A DNA stretch of 63,317 nucleotides, counting the filler, from Collodictyon triciliatum (lineage: Eukaryota), in assembly GCA_043381765.1 (NCBI GenBank). It is 18 parts of 18 records of this genome, joined end to end, with 100 filler letters (N's around TTAATTAATTAA, not from the genome) between each part and the next. Parts side by side here need not be neighbours in the genome. Positions count along the whole stretch, not along the records: positions 10,590 to 14,015 come from JBHJMP010007353.1; positions 14,116 to 17,540 come from JBHJMP010007354.1; positions 17,641 to 21,064 come from JBHJMP010007355.1; positions 21,165 to 24,589 come from JBHJMP010007356.1; positions 24,690 to 28,112 come from JBHJMP010007357.1; 13 more parts are not named here. One strand, 5' to 3'. The notes under the pieces were generated by a model. That model did no database searches, was not told the origin of the DNA, and saw only the letters and a program-made list of their open reading frames with translations. The position numbers and the translations under genes are program-made. Of the stretch, positions 13,595 through 25,082 are shown one piece after another (within the stretch, counting starts at the first letter, position 1; each line of letters opens with the position of its first letter).

Positions 13595-14015
13595 GGTTCT
13601 TCTGCCTCCAACACTGGCGCGGAAAAACCCCCGAGTTGCTCGCAATTCCAGGAAAACCCGTGCAAGGAAGCCGCCTACAAGTCTGTCTGAGCGGACAGTG
13701 TTTTTGCATAGAGTTGAGCAGGTCGTTTACAAGAACAAGGCCCGCAGGCTCTCATGTGCGCTCGCCTCCTTCTTGAAAGCGAACAATCTTTGGAAAGAGT
13801 CCATCCAATCGCGCTGACCAGACATCGAAGTCCTTTGCTTGATTGCCTTCCGCACTGCAGGAAACGCCCGAAAGCTTCTGGAGCTGAAACAGGTAAGTTT
13901 GAGCGATATTACGAGCAGCTTCAGCAGAAGTAAACCAACAGAGACCTCGGTGATGCTCTACCAACTACCGCTGGACGTGTGGCCGCAACTCCTTCGTGAG
14001 GAGCTGAAGCCGTTC
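13595..14015 (+). mobile_element. Non-LTR retrotransposon (LINE) ORF1-like fragment, copy 1, degenerate
   Basis: RTVFLHRVEQ..LIAFRTAGNARKLLEL..TSVMLYQLPLDVWPQLLREELKPF (RRM-like) with an internal stop. Homologous to 45823-46430 (-). Runs into a gap. Confidence 0.55.
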
Positions 14016-14115
14016 NNNNNNNNNNNNNNNNNNNNNNNNNNNNNNNNNNNNNNNNNNNNTTAATTAATTAANNNNNNNNNNNNNNNNNNNNNNNNNNNNN
14101 NNNNNNNNNNNNNNN

Positions 14116-14267
14116 AGTAAACTTACGAACATTAATTCCTGCTCCTGGGGTACCTTGCGTATTTGGAAGAATGTCTCCACCTTGTATAACCATGTCCTCA
14201 CGTTCTGCCCTGGTGCCCCGGAGAACATATCCGGCGGTCGAATGGCTCCCTCTGTGATGGACTGCAT
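14116..14267 (-). CDS. gag: Ty3/gypsy-type gag N-terminus (truncated by gap)
   Basis: MQSITEGAIRPPDMFSGAPGQNVRTWLYKVETFFQIRKVP fits the PxxFxG..VxxWL..xExxF retrotransposon capsid motif. It lies just downstream of the PBS. Confidence 0.8.
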
Positions 14268-14332
14268 GGTCTATACTCTCGTGCTAGGTTTGGCGTGTTT
14301 CTGTTCTTCGGTCTTCCTTAGGAAGGTCACTT

Positions 14333-14345
14333 CGCTTTGCTACCA
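14333..14345 (-). promoter_or_regulatory. Primer-binding site, initiator tRNA-Met-like
   Basis: Minus strand TGGTAGCAAAGCG lies 3 nt after the LTR-terminal CA and resembles the TGGTAGCAGAG iMet PBS. Confidence 0.75.
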
Positions 14346-14348
14346 AAA

Positions 14349-14591
14349 TGTAAGGGGATGTCCTTTTATTCCGCTATAAGCTTGTTTTATGATTCCCAAC
14401 CTATTAACGAGTCGACAGACTCGTTAAATATCCCCTGGACAGAGGGTTCAGGGGAGGTTTCTGAGAACGCTCCTGGAGCGTCCACGGTGGTTCTTTGGAC
14501 TGATTCTAAGAACATACTTTGAGAATTCCGAGATGGGTCTTAGAATCAGATCACAGATTCCAAGGACGCACTTGTATGTCCAGTTGTTACA
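14349..14591 (-). mobile_element. 5' LTR (about 243 bp) of an LTR retrotransposon
   Basis: Minus strand begins TGTAA and ends TTACA, with AATAAA about 15 nt before the end, followed by PBS and gag. The distal boundary is inferred from the 5-bp terminal inverted repeat only. Confidence 0.65.
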
Positions 14592-14619
14592 CTAAGCCAC
14601 CTACAGAGGGAGGGCTGGG

Positions 14620-15500
14620 ACTCATAACGCCTGGCATTGCATAGTCATCGCTCACTATGGATGGTGGACCGATATTCTTTTCCATCCGAAAGGATTCTGG
14701 CAGCGTGGAATGTGTCATCCTATTCACCGCATATGTCCGAACTTCAAAGCACGGCTCTGTGAGAGTATAATGCCATCACCTTCGCCAAACACTCCCGAGG
14801 CGCTACTAGCGTGGTGAAAGATTCTGTATGAAAATTGTGAAATGTGCGAGTTTACTCAACCACACGCTGTTACGGGGCAAATTTGCTGGGATAGAGCAAG
14901 AGGCTTCTGTATCATCAAGTCGAGAGAAGGAGACTGCTCATTCATTCTGCAACATGTCGCTTTCCAAAAGGATAGGAGCTTTGCATCGTCGAAAAATGCA
15001 ATGATATTTCACTCCTCGAATGCAACAGCCAACCACAGTCGTCCTAAACAACAAAGGAGAATGGCGCTCACGCCGCCTGACCTCTTGTGGAGCGCCGTCT
15101 CCATTTTTCTTTCGCCTGAAAAAACAAAGGCAGTCGATTATACCTGACTCACCGGAATTATCTATGGCCATGGCATATTCCAAGCTGTTTAGATACAAAA
15201 TCATCATTCCTTATCCTTAATAACCAGAGAAAATGAGTTAATAGGCCGAAACTATACGCATTACAGACAAATATTAGAAAAAAGAATGAATCCAACATTC
15301 TTCGGTACTTTGACTGCAAGAAAATAGAGATGTGTAATGCGCGTCGTGCAATACCTCCCACAAAATACCCGAAACCCATGTTACCCACACAACCAATCAA
15401 CCAGTTGGGCCGCCCACCTCTCCCTAACGCCCACTGATTTTTTTCCAGTGCTAGCCTCTTCCCAGTAACAACTTCTCCTAATCGCGTTTGCTCTGTACCA
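14620..15500 (-). pseudogene. Possible heavily decayed gypsy pol/integrase relic
   Basis: Scattered across frames: WEVLHDAH, SLDLM, WLSKLAHF (cf. DRLSKMAHF) and SVHHP (cf. TAYHP). Many stops. Confidence 0.35.
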
Positions 15501-15606
15501 TGTGCACCATCTCATCCCTTTGTATGGAATAACCTCGCTGCACTTTGAATAGAACAAAGGAAAAAATATCACAAATTTAAGCAAAAAAATATTGATTATG
15601 CGGGTT

Positions 15607-16761
15607 TTATAACAAATTTGAGTCATGGTGCATGATGCCAATTAATTTTCTGACAGCTTTCGTAACTCTTTGTATATCATAAGTGTTTTTGTCTCCATTC
15701 AGACCTATGTATGGAAATTCCAGCTGCCTTGCCATAGAAATGTAGCAATTCACAACACCGCCTACCCAATCACTGGACCTTTTCGTATCATGAATTTCAA
15801 TGATTCCTGCTTTGGTACTAAACAGCATATTCAAAAGTCCGGCACCGTGATGACCGATGATAATTTTGGCGTCTTTAAAAGTATTGATTGTTTTCTCCAT
15901 TGGGGAAGTATCATATTTAACAACTCTCCAGGTTGAACCATATTGATATTGTAATTCTTGTACCATATCAGATGTATTGTTTACGGACCTACGACCTCTT
16001 CTGTCTAACACAATAATAATCCCCAAAGACTTAGATTCCACTGAGCTTATATAATTGATGTAAGGTTTTGGGGGAAGAAAGTAATAACCAGAGATATTTA
16101 ATGGAATAATTCCATAGTGAAATCTGAGTAACTTCATCTGTGGTAACGATGGCCTCATACAGGAAGGCAATGTTGGTATAATTATTTCTCTAAACATAAT
16201 TTGGCAATTGCTGCTCCTTTCCACTTGTATTATTCTCTCATCCTTTATTCCTATACTTTTAAGAGCAAATTTCACGAATTCTTTCTGTACATCAACCAAT
16301 ATTTTGATATCATTATTATTCCTAACGAATTCGGGTAAGGTGAACCAATGGGATAATGTTTCCACCCAAAAATGGTAATACATTATGTCTCCCCACTTAC
16401 CGATAGGTAGTATAATCACACGTTCTTTCCTTGATTCAATGGGCTCTCGAAACTTACAGGTTGTATTTATTGAACTAACATTTACTAACGTATAACCCCA
16501 CCGTGATGATATCGCTTTGCAAGATCCGGAAAAAAGGCTATTAGCATCTGCAATCAGGATTTCTTTATCATGAATCAAGAGATTAGGACTATTATGCAGT
16601 ATTATTAAATGTTCACCCTCGTTACTTTTTCTTAATAGTGAGTTGTCCGGTAATATAGAATTGGCTTTACTGTGTGAAATTTCCCCAGGATACTTAGCTC
16701 TCCAATAATATTGTTGAAGAACAACATCCATGTAGAGGAAATTTGAATGGAACCAATACAA
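15607..16761 (-). CDS. Glycosyltransferase family 61 / DUF563-like protein (5' end uncertain)
   Basis: 384-codon ORF with YYHFWVETL, DRRGRRSVNN and IIIGHHGAGLLNMLF..IIEI. Confidence 0.85.
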   Translation of the reverse strand: MYWFHSNFLYMDVVLQQYYWRAKYPGEISHSKANSILPDNSLLRKSNEGEHLIILHNSPNLLIHDKEILIADANSLFSGSCKAISSRWGYTLVNVSSINTTCKFREPIESRKERVIILPIGKWGDIMYYHFWVETLSHWFTLPEFVRNNNDIKILVDVQKEFVKFALKSIGIKDERIIQVERSSNCQIMFREIIIPTLPSCMRPSLPQMKLLRFHYGIIPLNISGYYFLPPKPYINYISSVESKSLGIIIVLDRRGRRSVNNTSDMVQELQYQYGSTWRVVKYDTSPMEKTINTFKDAKIIIGHHGAGLLNMLFSTKAGIIEIHDTKRSSDWVGGVVNCYISMARQLEFPYIGLNGDKNTYDIQRVTKAVRKLIGIMHHDSNLL

Positions 16762-19099
16762 ACTGTCGTACTCTGTCAGTATTCTTACTCTGTTTGAGTC
16801 AAGACTTCCACTATTGGCAGAACTATAGTCAACAAAATCCTACCAACAAATGAAAATTGAATTAACATTAGTTCGAACATATATTAATCAAATACATAAT
16901 AACTCTTTTGATCTTTAACCTAGTTTTCCATACCTTAGTACTGTATGACTCTGACATTTGGTCTAACATTAAGACAAACATCTTCCCCGAACTTAAGGCA
17001 TTTGTCTTAATAATTCTTATTAAAATTATCCAGAACACTACGGTGGCTGGGTATAGACGGTTATAGCCCTTGGACATCACCAATGGTCAAAATGTCGTAC
17101 CTGATGGAATGAGGATTAAGGTGTTGACTTACATAAATTTCTTAGCCTACCGATATTAAATATCCAATATGATGCCCTTGAAATTTCCTACCAGCACTAT
17201 AAAAGAGGATAAATACAGATCTCAAAGCAACATAAACTTGAAAAATATGAATAAATCATGAATTTCAAAATTTTCCAAAAAAAAATTCTTCCGATGGCCT
17301 CTTCGATCTCGGCTGGTTTAATTCAACCATCGATGGACTCCAGTGAGACCAGAAGTATAATGGCGAAAGTCAGCATCACGCCCGGCCGAACTAGTAACTC
17401 GAAGCGGAATCTCCCCATCGATCTATTGCAGCTGAAGTACTGCGATCAAAAAGTGCGATTGAGAACGAACTCTTCAAAGACGAAGACTGCTTTGTCCGCC
17501 TTCGGGGCAAGCAATGGCCGGTTCTCTCTTTCGCAAACCGNNNNNNNNNNNNNNNNNNNNNNNNNNNNNNNNNNNNNNNNNNNNTTAATTAATTAANNNN
17601 NNNNNNNNNNNNNNNNNNNNNNNNNNNNNNNNNNNNNNNNTAACAACAATAATAATAACAACAATAATAATAACAACAATAATAATAACAACAATAATAA
17701 TAACAACAATAATAATAACAACAATAATAATAACAACAATACTCATAATCACAATAATTACCTCGCCTGATGCATCATGTTGAATGTTATCCAAATATAA
17801 CAGTAATTTTTTCATCTTGCACTGAATTAATTCATCATGAGATTGGAACGTTTGGTTCAGCTATTTGTGGGGTTATGCAATAAGGAAAAGAGACACACAT
17901 ACTTTAAACACTTCGGGTATTTCTCTCTCTTTCTCTATATCTTTTTTATATATGTTTCTCTTTACCTCTCTATTTCTTGAAAAATAGACTTCATTGACAC
18001 ACAACAAAGATAAGTATCCTTCTCATATGATTTATCTTTTTAGTTTAAGTTTCACAAGTATCGTTTCAAAGATTTATTTGGATTAATCAATCACCTCGAC
18101 CTCTGTCTGAGTGAAAGCTTCGCCTCTCCTCTTGAGTTTATGCAACCTCTTCTCTGCTGTGGCCGAGAGATCTTTCCCGATGTACAGTTTCTTCAATATC
18201 TGTCCAAACATTCACGATTCTCTCTGGGCTACTTACTCTTGAAACTACAAGGGATATTTAATACCAAACGCGTAAGAATAAAACCAATTATTTCAATCTG
18301 ATTAACCACCCCAAAAACAAAAACAAAAACAAAAACAAAAACAAAAACAAAAACAAAAACAAAAACAAAAACAAAAACAAAAACAAAAACAAAAACAAAA
18401 ACAATATATATAGCGACTAAAAACCAACCAAAAATACAACGAATTAATCAAGCAAATTGAAAGAAAACAGCGCAATACATGACCGTAACAAACAACCGCT
18501 GAACCATCGCGCCAGTCACAGCGGCCTTGAAGGAAAGAAAGTGTGCGCTGCTGTCTCAGTTTGACAAGGAAACTTGTTCCCCACCTTCTCTTCCTTCTTT
18601 TCTTCTTCTCTTCTTTATTCCTGACGTGCCGGGAACTGCAAACACGTGTCCTAAACTGGAATTTAAACAAACTTTCGAGCCGTTTGGTAAGACATCCGAA
18701 CCTCTCAAACGCTCAACCGCACAAAGTGAAAATCGCAGGATGGTTTTTCCCTTTTTCATCCTTGTTTATGGATTATTCACCCCTTTATTCGATACAAAGT
18801 ACACTAATCTATTGATTAAACTTCATGAGGTAATCATTAAATACTAAGGAATAGTTTATCTTCATTATATTACAACTCTTAAATTTAATGCAGTATTAAT
18901 TTTATTCACTGGGCAATATCGCCAAAAAAGAAATTACTGTACTACATTTCCATTCATTTAACCCCAACATACTAGCGTGATTGGCTTTTTTTTTTTTTTT
19001 ATTATTATTATTTTCCCGGGACATTTCATGTCACCGAAAGTGGGAGGGAATGTATCTTGAAGAACTTTGTTAATGAAAAGAATCCTTCCTTTTTTTTTT

Positions 19100-20650
19100 C
19101 CTCTCCTTCTTCGTCTTATTTTGATGGGGTTCTCCCAAATTTTGCAAACACGACGGTTCGTATCGGAATCAATAGATCTGTTTTCAAAGAATGATTGATC
19201 GAGATGCTTACAGATTTTCAAATCTTAATTTAGTTACGCAGTAGTATACCTATATATAAGGGAGATACAAACCTTGTTAAAAGATATATCTAAGCTTTCA
19301 AGCCTAGACAGGCGATGCAAACTTTTTGGCAGCGCAGTTATCTTGTAATTGGTATTTACATATATTGCATTGGTTTAGTCATCCTTTTATCAATATAGCT
19401 AGTGGATTAAATGAAAAGGAACATAAAATGCCATTGATTTACTAATAACCTTGTTTCTCGACATATTGAGATATAAAATCGATGTCATGGAAAACAATAC
19501 ATCAGGAAAATCCTCAAACTATAGTACGGGATGCAAGTTTTTGGTTTCAGTCTTAATTCCTTTCCCACTTGAAACCTGATTAGATTCCTTATAATAGTCT
19601 CACATCGTTATAACTTGCATCGAACCACGTTAATTTTGTCAAGCAGGAAATATTGAGCGGAAGCGTGGTGAGATTCGCCGCAGATAAATTCAGTGACAGA
19701 AAGTCAAATTCTGATTCACCAGGTATCCACCCAGGAATCGTGATATCTTTGTCCTATGATTTTGAATTGGTTCATGCTTCAATTCGTACAATCAGGATAT
19801 GCCAACTTTCTTTTCTTGTATTATGCTATATATATAAACTTTGAATCGAATAAAGGAAAAAAAAATGCTATATATAAAGCTTACAAATGTATCATACAGA
19901 CGAAGTGATTTAATAGATGTTCGAACCGTCCCGCGATTTGTTAGAGAAGAATCTACATCTTCGCACCAACACGGAATATTTGTGATTCCGCGAGGTGCCC
20001 ACACAGGCCCATCGCCGATAATTTGGGTATGGACCCATAGTTTTTGAAGACTTTTGAGACTCGAGAAGACTAGTGGAAGCACATTCATCTATTATTGATG
20101 TATGTGTTTGTTGCTGTTAACCTCCAATTTTCTCACTTAGGTAATATACGAATAAATTAAGGCAAAAAGAGAAAATGTAATGAAAAAGGGACACACGCAC
20201 AGGGTTTCCATAAATATCAATTGTTTCCAGGTTCGTTAGTTGCGACATATCGGATGGTAATGTACTCAATTGATTGTAGGAAGCTGAAAACCTTGATAGA
20301 AGGGTTAATCGCGAGATTCCGCATGGGATGGAGGTGATATCGTTTCTATTAACGCATATTTCTCTGAGATTAGTAAGATACGAGATCTCGTTTGGCAAGG
20401 AACGAAGTTTATTTAAGTGAAGTCCCAATACTTGAAGATCTTCCAATGCTGATACTTCTGGAGGCAGCGAGCATAGATCAATCCTTGAAATGCTCAACCA
20501 GATGATCTTTGTAAAGCTCCAAATAATATATGGGATACTCTTCTGTTCATTAATCTTCACATATGTAGCCCCGTCGATGGAGTCGAATAAATTATTTGGT
20601 GCAAAATTCACCCATTGTAAATCATTCTGAGCTGGGTTGTTTACAGACAT
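19100..20650 (-). CDS. Leucine-rich repeat protein, multi-exon
   Basis: LxxLxLxxNxLxxLP repeats (LPPEVSALEDLQVLGLHLNKLRSLPNEISYLTNL), continuing in further exons (NLTTLPLNISCLTKL; ITALPKSLHRLSRLESLDISFNK). Confidence 0.85.
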
Positions 20651-21020
20651 GGCGATCCAATTAGAAACTTTGCCTCTCACCCAGCCTTGGGCCAATATGA
20701 AGGTATTTCGTTCGCAAGCTAAAGGAAAATGACAGACTATCGAGCTACAAGGAAAAAAATTACGCGTGAATGTCGATAAGTGGTGTGATGTGTATGAAAC
20801 ATGCTTATGCAAAAATTAAACAACATGACATTTTTTTTATATTTATTCTTCCTTTCAATTTTGTGCAGGATGATGAAATTAAACAACATGACATGATGGA
20901 TGAAAATGTGCAACTTCAAAGAATTACATACAATTACTGCGACGTAAACCCAAAAAACAAAAAAACAAAAAAACAAAAAAACAAAAAAACAAAAAAACAA
21001 AAAACAAAATATAAAAAAAA

Positions 21021-21064
<44 letters not shown>

Positions 21065-21659
21065 NNNNNNNNNNNNNNNNNNNNNNNNNNNNNNNNNNNN
21101 NNNNNNNNTTAATTAATTAANNNNNNNNNNNNNNNNNNNNNNNNNNNNNNNNNNNNNNNNNNNNAAGACAAAAGACAAAAGACAAAAGACAAAAGACAAA
21201 AGACAAAAGACAAAAGACAAAAGACAAAAGACAAAAGACAAAAGACAAAAGACAAAAGACAAAAGACAAAAGACAAAAGACAGAGGCAAAGAAAAAGAAA
21301 GAATTAACCCATTGCTATCAAGCCGATCCGGATGAGTGTCTTTAAGGGAGTCAAAGCAAGAGGCCAACGGCATACTCTTTCCTGCTTTTTTTCCTTTTAT
21401 TTTGTGCTTTGTATTTTGAAGCAATGCCAAGGTTATCGCCAAATTCAAAAAAAAATTTCTTGGCATATCCAACGCGCGAGACTCCGGGGAAACCCAAGGG
21501 TGTATACGCGCAGAGGGCAAGAAAGCAAAAAAAAAAAATAAATTACAATAATTAAAAATACAGTAAGACAAAGAACAAAATACAAAAACCATGATGTAGA
21601 GAAGCTATGTGATACTGAGCGTGCTAGGTGAGTTTACTCAAACCTTGGTAACAATACAA

Positions 21660-24200
21660 CATTTCTTTTCGACATGGGCAACTATGCCGCTGAGTTTAAT
21701 GAATTTCGCGTCATCGGTGGTGGGTTATGAGTTTGTAATTAAATGAGAGAATAGCCTGATTGCAATATTCCGGAGAAACCGAGGGGAAGAAAGAGACAAG
21801 CGTTCAAAAAAATATTACATATGAAAAAAAAAAAAAAGAAAAAGAAAAGAGCTCCTAGGACAGATAATCACATTTCTAAGCTGCCAGGTTTTGCAAATGC
21901 AATTCTACCAACCCTAGCTATTGGATTCTAGGTACTAAAGAATATACCCACGCATAAAGAAAGAAAGTGGCACACACACTTGGTAAACTCATTTGTCACT
22001 GACCAAAGAATCCAAATGATCTGAACTAATTTTGGCAGCATACAAAATCAAGATGAAAAGAATGGCCAAATCACGAAGAGGAAGGCTCCCACGACGCATA
22101 TTTTGCATTTTTTCCGAAAACTTCACGCCAGAATATGAGCGAATGTGTAATCTTCATCGGGAGAAGCATGGTTTTTTCTCTTAATTTAAAGAAACTGAGA
22201 ATTAGTTTAGTCTTATGCGCAAGGTTTTTCTAAACGAAAATTTTCATCCATAAAGAAGATTAGTTTGTATTTCTGTAGTTACCCCAGTAGAGGCGAAAGC
22301 AGAATATGCTAGCAGAAAAAGTTGGATTTGAAAAAGTTCATGTAGCCAACATCAATTGAGTTTTATTGAATAACAGAAACTTGTCTCCTTTGAATGCATC
22401 ACTTAAATTCATTTTGCACATGATTGAAAGAGATAAAGCCCATAAAAATCCAAATACTGCAAAAAATAGAAAGCTTTCATGACTTCATGTGAAATGTGTC
22501 TGCTATAATACACCAAATCAGGCCTAAAACAAAGCAAGACCAGAAGAACATTCGATAATCCCAGTGGCGGAGCATTCCAACAACATAAACTGTCTTGAGA
22601 GTATGGAGGATACCAAACCAATAATCAGATGATTTGAACATTCTACATACTTTGATGAAATTTGATATTGCAAATATTTGGAAGATTATGAAAATAATTA
22701 CAGATGTAATCAAAGCATATCCAAGCAGTAAGAAATACTTGTTTATTGTATTCCAGATGACAAAATTGGCGATGCACTATACAGAGAAAAGTGAAAGATG
22801 CAACAAAATAATTTTACCTCTTCAATTTCATAAACCCTGGCCAAGGCTTTGTATTTTGTTTCCATGAATTTGTGATATACACTCTGATCTAAATCAAACC
22901 TAAAAACTTTGGTTTCCAGAATGCCTACGACATAAACAGAGTGCACCTCAGTTTTTTTTTAAATTCTTTGTAAGTGATTCTATATTGCGCTGACTAGTTT
23001 TTCCGTTTTCAAGCGAGACAAGCTCGAGGGCATCAGTGTCATCCTTTAAATATGATGCGCTGTTAGATTGGCCAGGCCCCTGGCGAATCAACACTTGAAG
23101 GTGATGGGATATTATGAAAATTCTTCATTGTGTTGCCTATATTCCTCTTTTGATCCAGGCTTGACCCATTTTGGGTTCTTTTTTTCCGTTTTTATTTTCA
23201 ATCTCACACAATTCAAACAAAAAGCACAATTTTAGACTTTTTTTTCGAAGGATAAAATGGTTAAACATAATACGAAGGAGGTAAATCACGAATGTCATGA
23301 TGTTTTCAATGGGTTGAAGTCTTAGATCATGAGCTTCCAGATGATTCAGAGGGTAATATATCTTCTCTATGCATAAATCTACCAACTGAAAAGCCTGTGA
23401 CACTAAAGCCGGAAGAAACAATACAAAGTCGATTATTGCAGCAAATTTAAGCACTTTAGATTCCTTGGCTGCGTGGCTGTCGTATAATTTCAGCACAATA
23501 ACAAAACTGGTGAAAGAATGCATTACGGCGAAAAATACCCGGGACTAAAAACCCCATAGTGACACAATACACATATGAAGAGGGGTAACCTTCCACATCG
23601 TAAACCAAAAATTGAATCATTTCATCAATCTTTTCACAACTCCCAGTGGGACAAATGCACAATGATAAATACAGAAGATTGTTAAATACATTATCTACAA
23701 AGGGAGATATAATTCAACCATGATGTAATCAGATTTGAAGCAAACGAGCATAAACATAGCATTTACAATACACCACATAACAGAAGTAAACATCAGAGAT
23801 AACCTGTCCATACATATATTGAAAACACATCATTATACTCTTTTGTTTGGGAAAAGAAGCGTGAATAAGGTTTCAGATTTGTCAATCTTTCGATAGTTCT
23901 TTTTGAGTTGCAATTTGGTAGCGGATGAATATTAGGGATTACCCTCATCACCCTGACGCATATTTTGCTTGACAATCCCGCCAGCCTCGTGGTAAATCGA
24001 ATTCAACTCAAGTCCTTTTGACTGAATGTCAGCACCTCTTGGCTCATAGGGACGAGCGTCTCCATCCTTGTCGGTGTGGAAGATTCTGTCCTTCAGCGAA
24101 GGGTCTTCTGCTTGATCAATCGCCCGCTTACGAGCCTCACATTAAGTCCCTTGGTCGAGCCACGCAGCTTTTAAGCGCGAGCCTGTTCTATTGTCAACAC
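21660..24200 (-). pseudogene. Unidentified multi-pass membrane protein gene, possibly disrupted
   Basis: Several hydrophobic minus-strand ORF pieces (22477-22713, 23137-23523, 23456-23662) in different frames. I could not assemble a clean gene model. Confidence 0.3.
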
Positions 24201-25082
24201 ATGAACCTGGCATACATCTAATTTCGTATCTATGAAGAGTTTTCAAATAAATACATTTGTTATGTGATACCATATCCAAGCGCTGAATTCGCATGTAATG
24301 AAGAGAAATAGAAAAAAGAAAAAAAGAAAAAAAGAAAAAAAGAAAAAAAGAAAAAAAGAAAAAAAGAAGAAAAGAAAAAAAAGAAAAAAGAAAGAAGAAA
24401 AATAAGAAAAGAAGAAAAAGAAAGAAAGAAAAAAAGAAAGAAGAAAAGAATGGAGAAGAAGAAAAGAAGAAAAAGAAAGAAGGAAAAAAAGAAAGAAAAA
24501 AGAAAGAAAAAAAGAAAGAAAAAAAGAAAGAAAAAAAGAAAGAAAAAAAGAAAGAAAAAAAGAAAGAAAAAAAGAAAGAAAAAAAGAAANNNNNNNNNNN
24601 NNNNNNNNNNNNNNNNNNNNNNNNNNNNNNNNNTTAATTAATTAANNNNNNNNNNNNNNNNNNNNNNNNNNNNNNNNNNNNNNNNNNNNTTTTTTGTTTT
24701 TTTGTTTTCTTGTTTTTTTGTTGTTTTTTTTGTTTTTTTGTTTTTTTGTTTGTTTAGCCGAAAGATAGCTTAAGTTTAGTTTGAATATTCAAATTTTCGG
24801 AGGTAGCAACGCATTTCTAAATGCATTTATTATGACAAATCTGGAAGCCATCATTGATCACGCACAAGGCTCTTTCGTGCAACCATCATCCTCTCACACA
24901 ACCATCGAAACAAAAAGAGTAACGTTTGCCAGTCGATAGCGAAATAGGACCGAACGCTTCAGGAGCAGAGTACACAGAAGAAGCGCAGAGAGAGAAGAAA
25001 AAAAAAAAGAGGCATAAGGCAACTAAGTAAACAAATGGGTTAAAAAAAATAATACGAAGGCGAGGTTTCCTGAGTGTCAGAC

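Noticed and set aside
17280-17540. GC-richer segment at a contig end, possibly a TE 3' end
   Set aside because: No recognisable motif or second copy in the window, so it cannot be supported.
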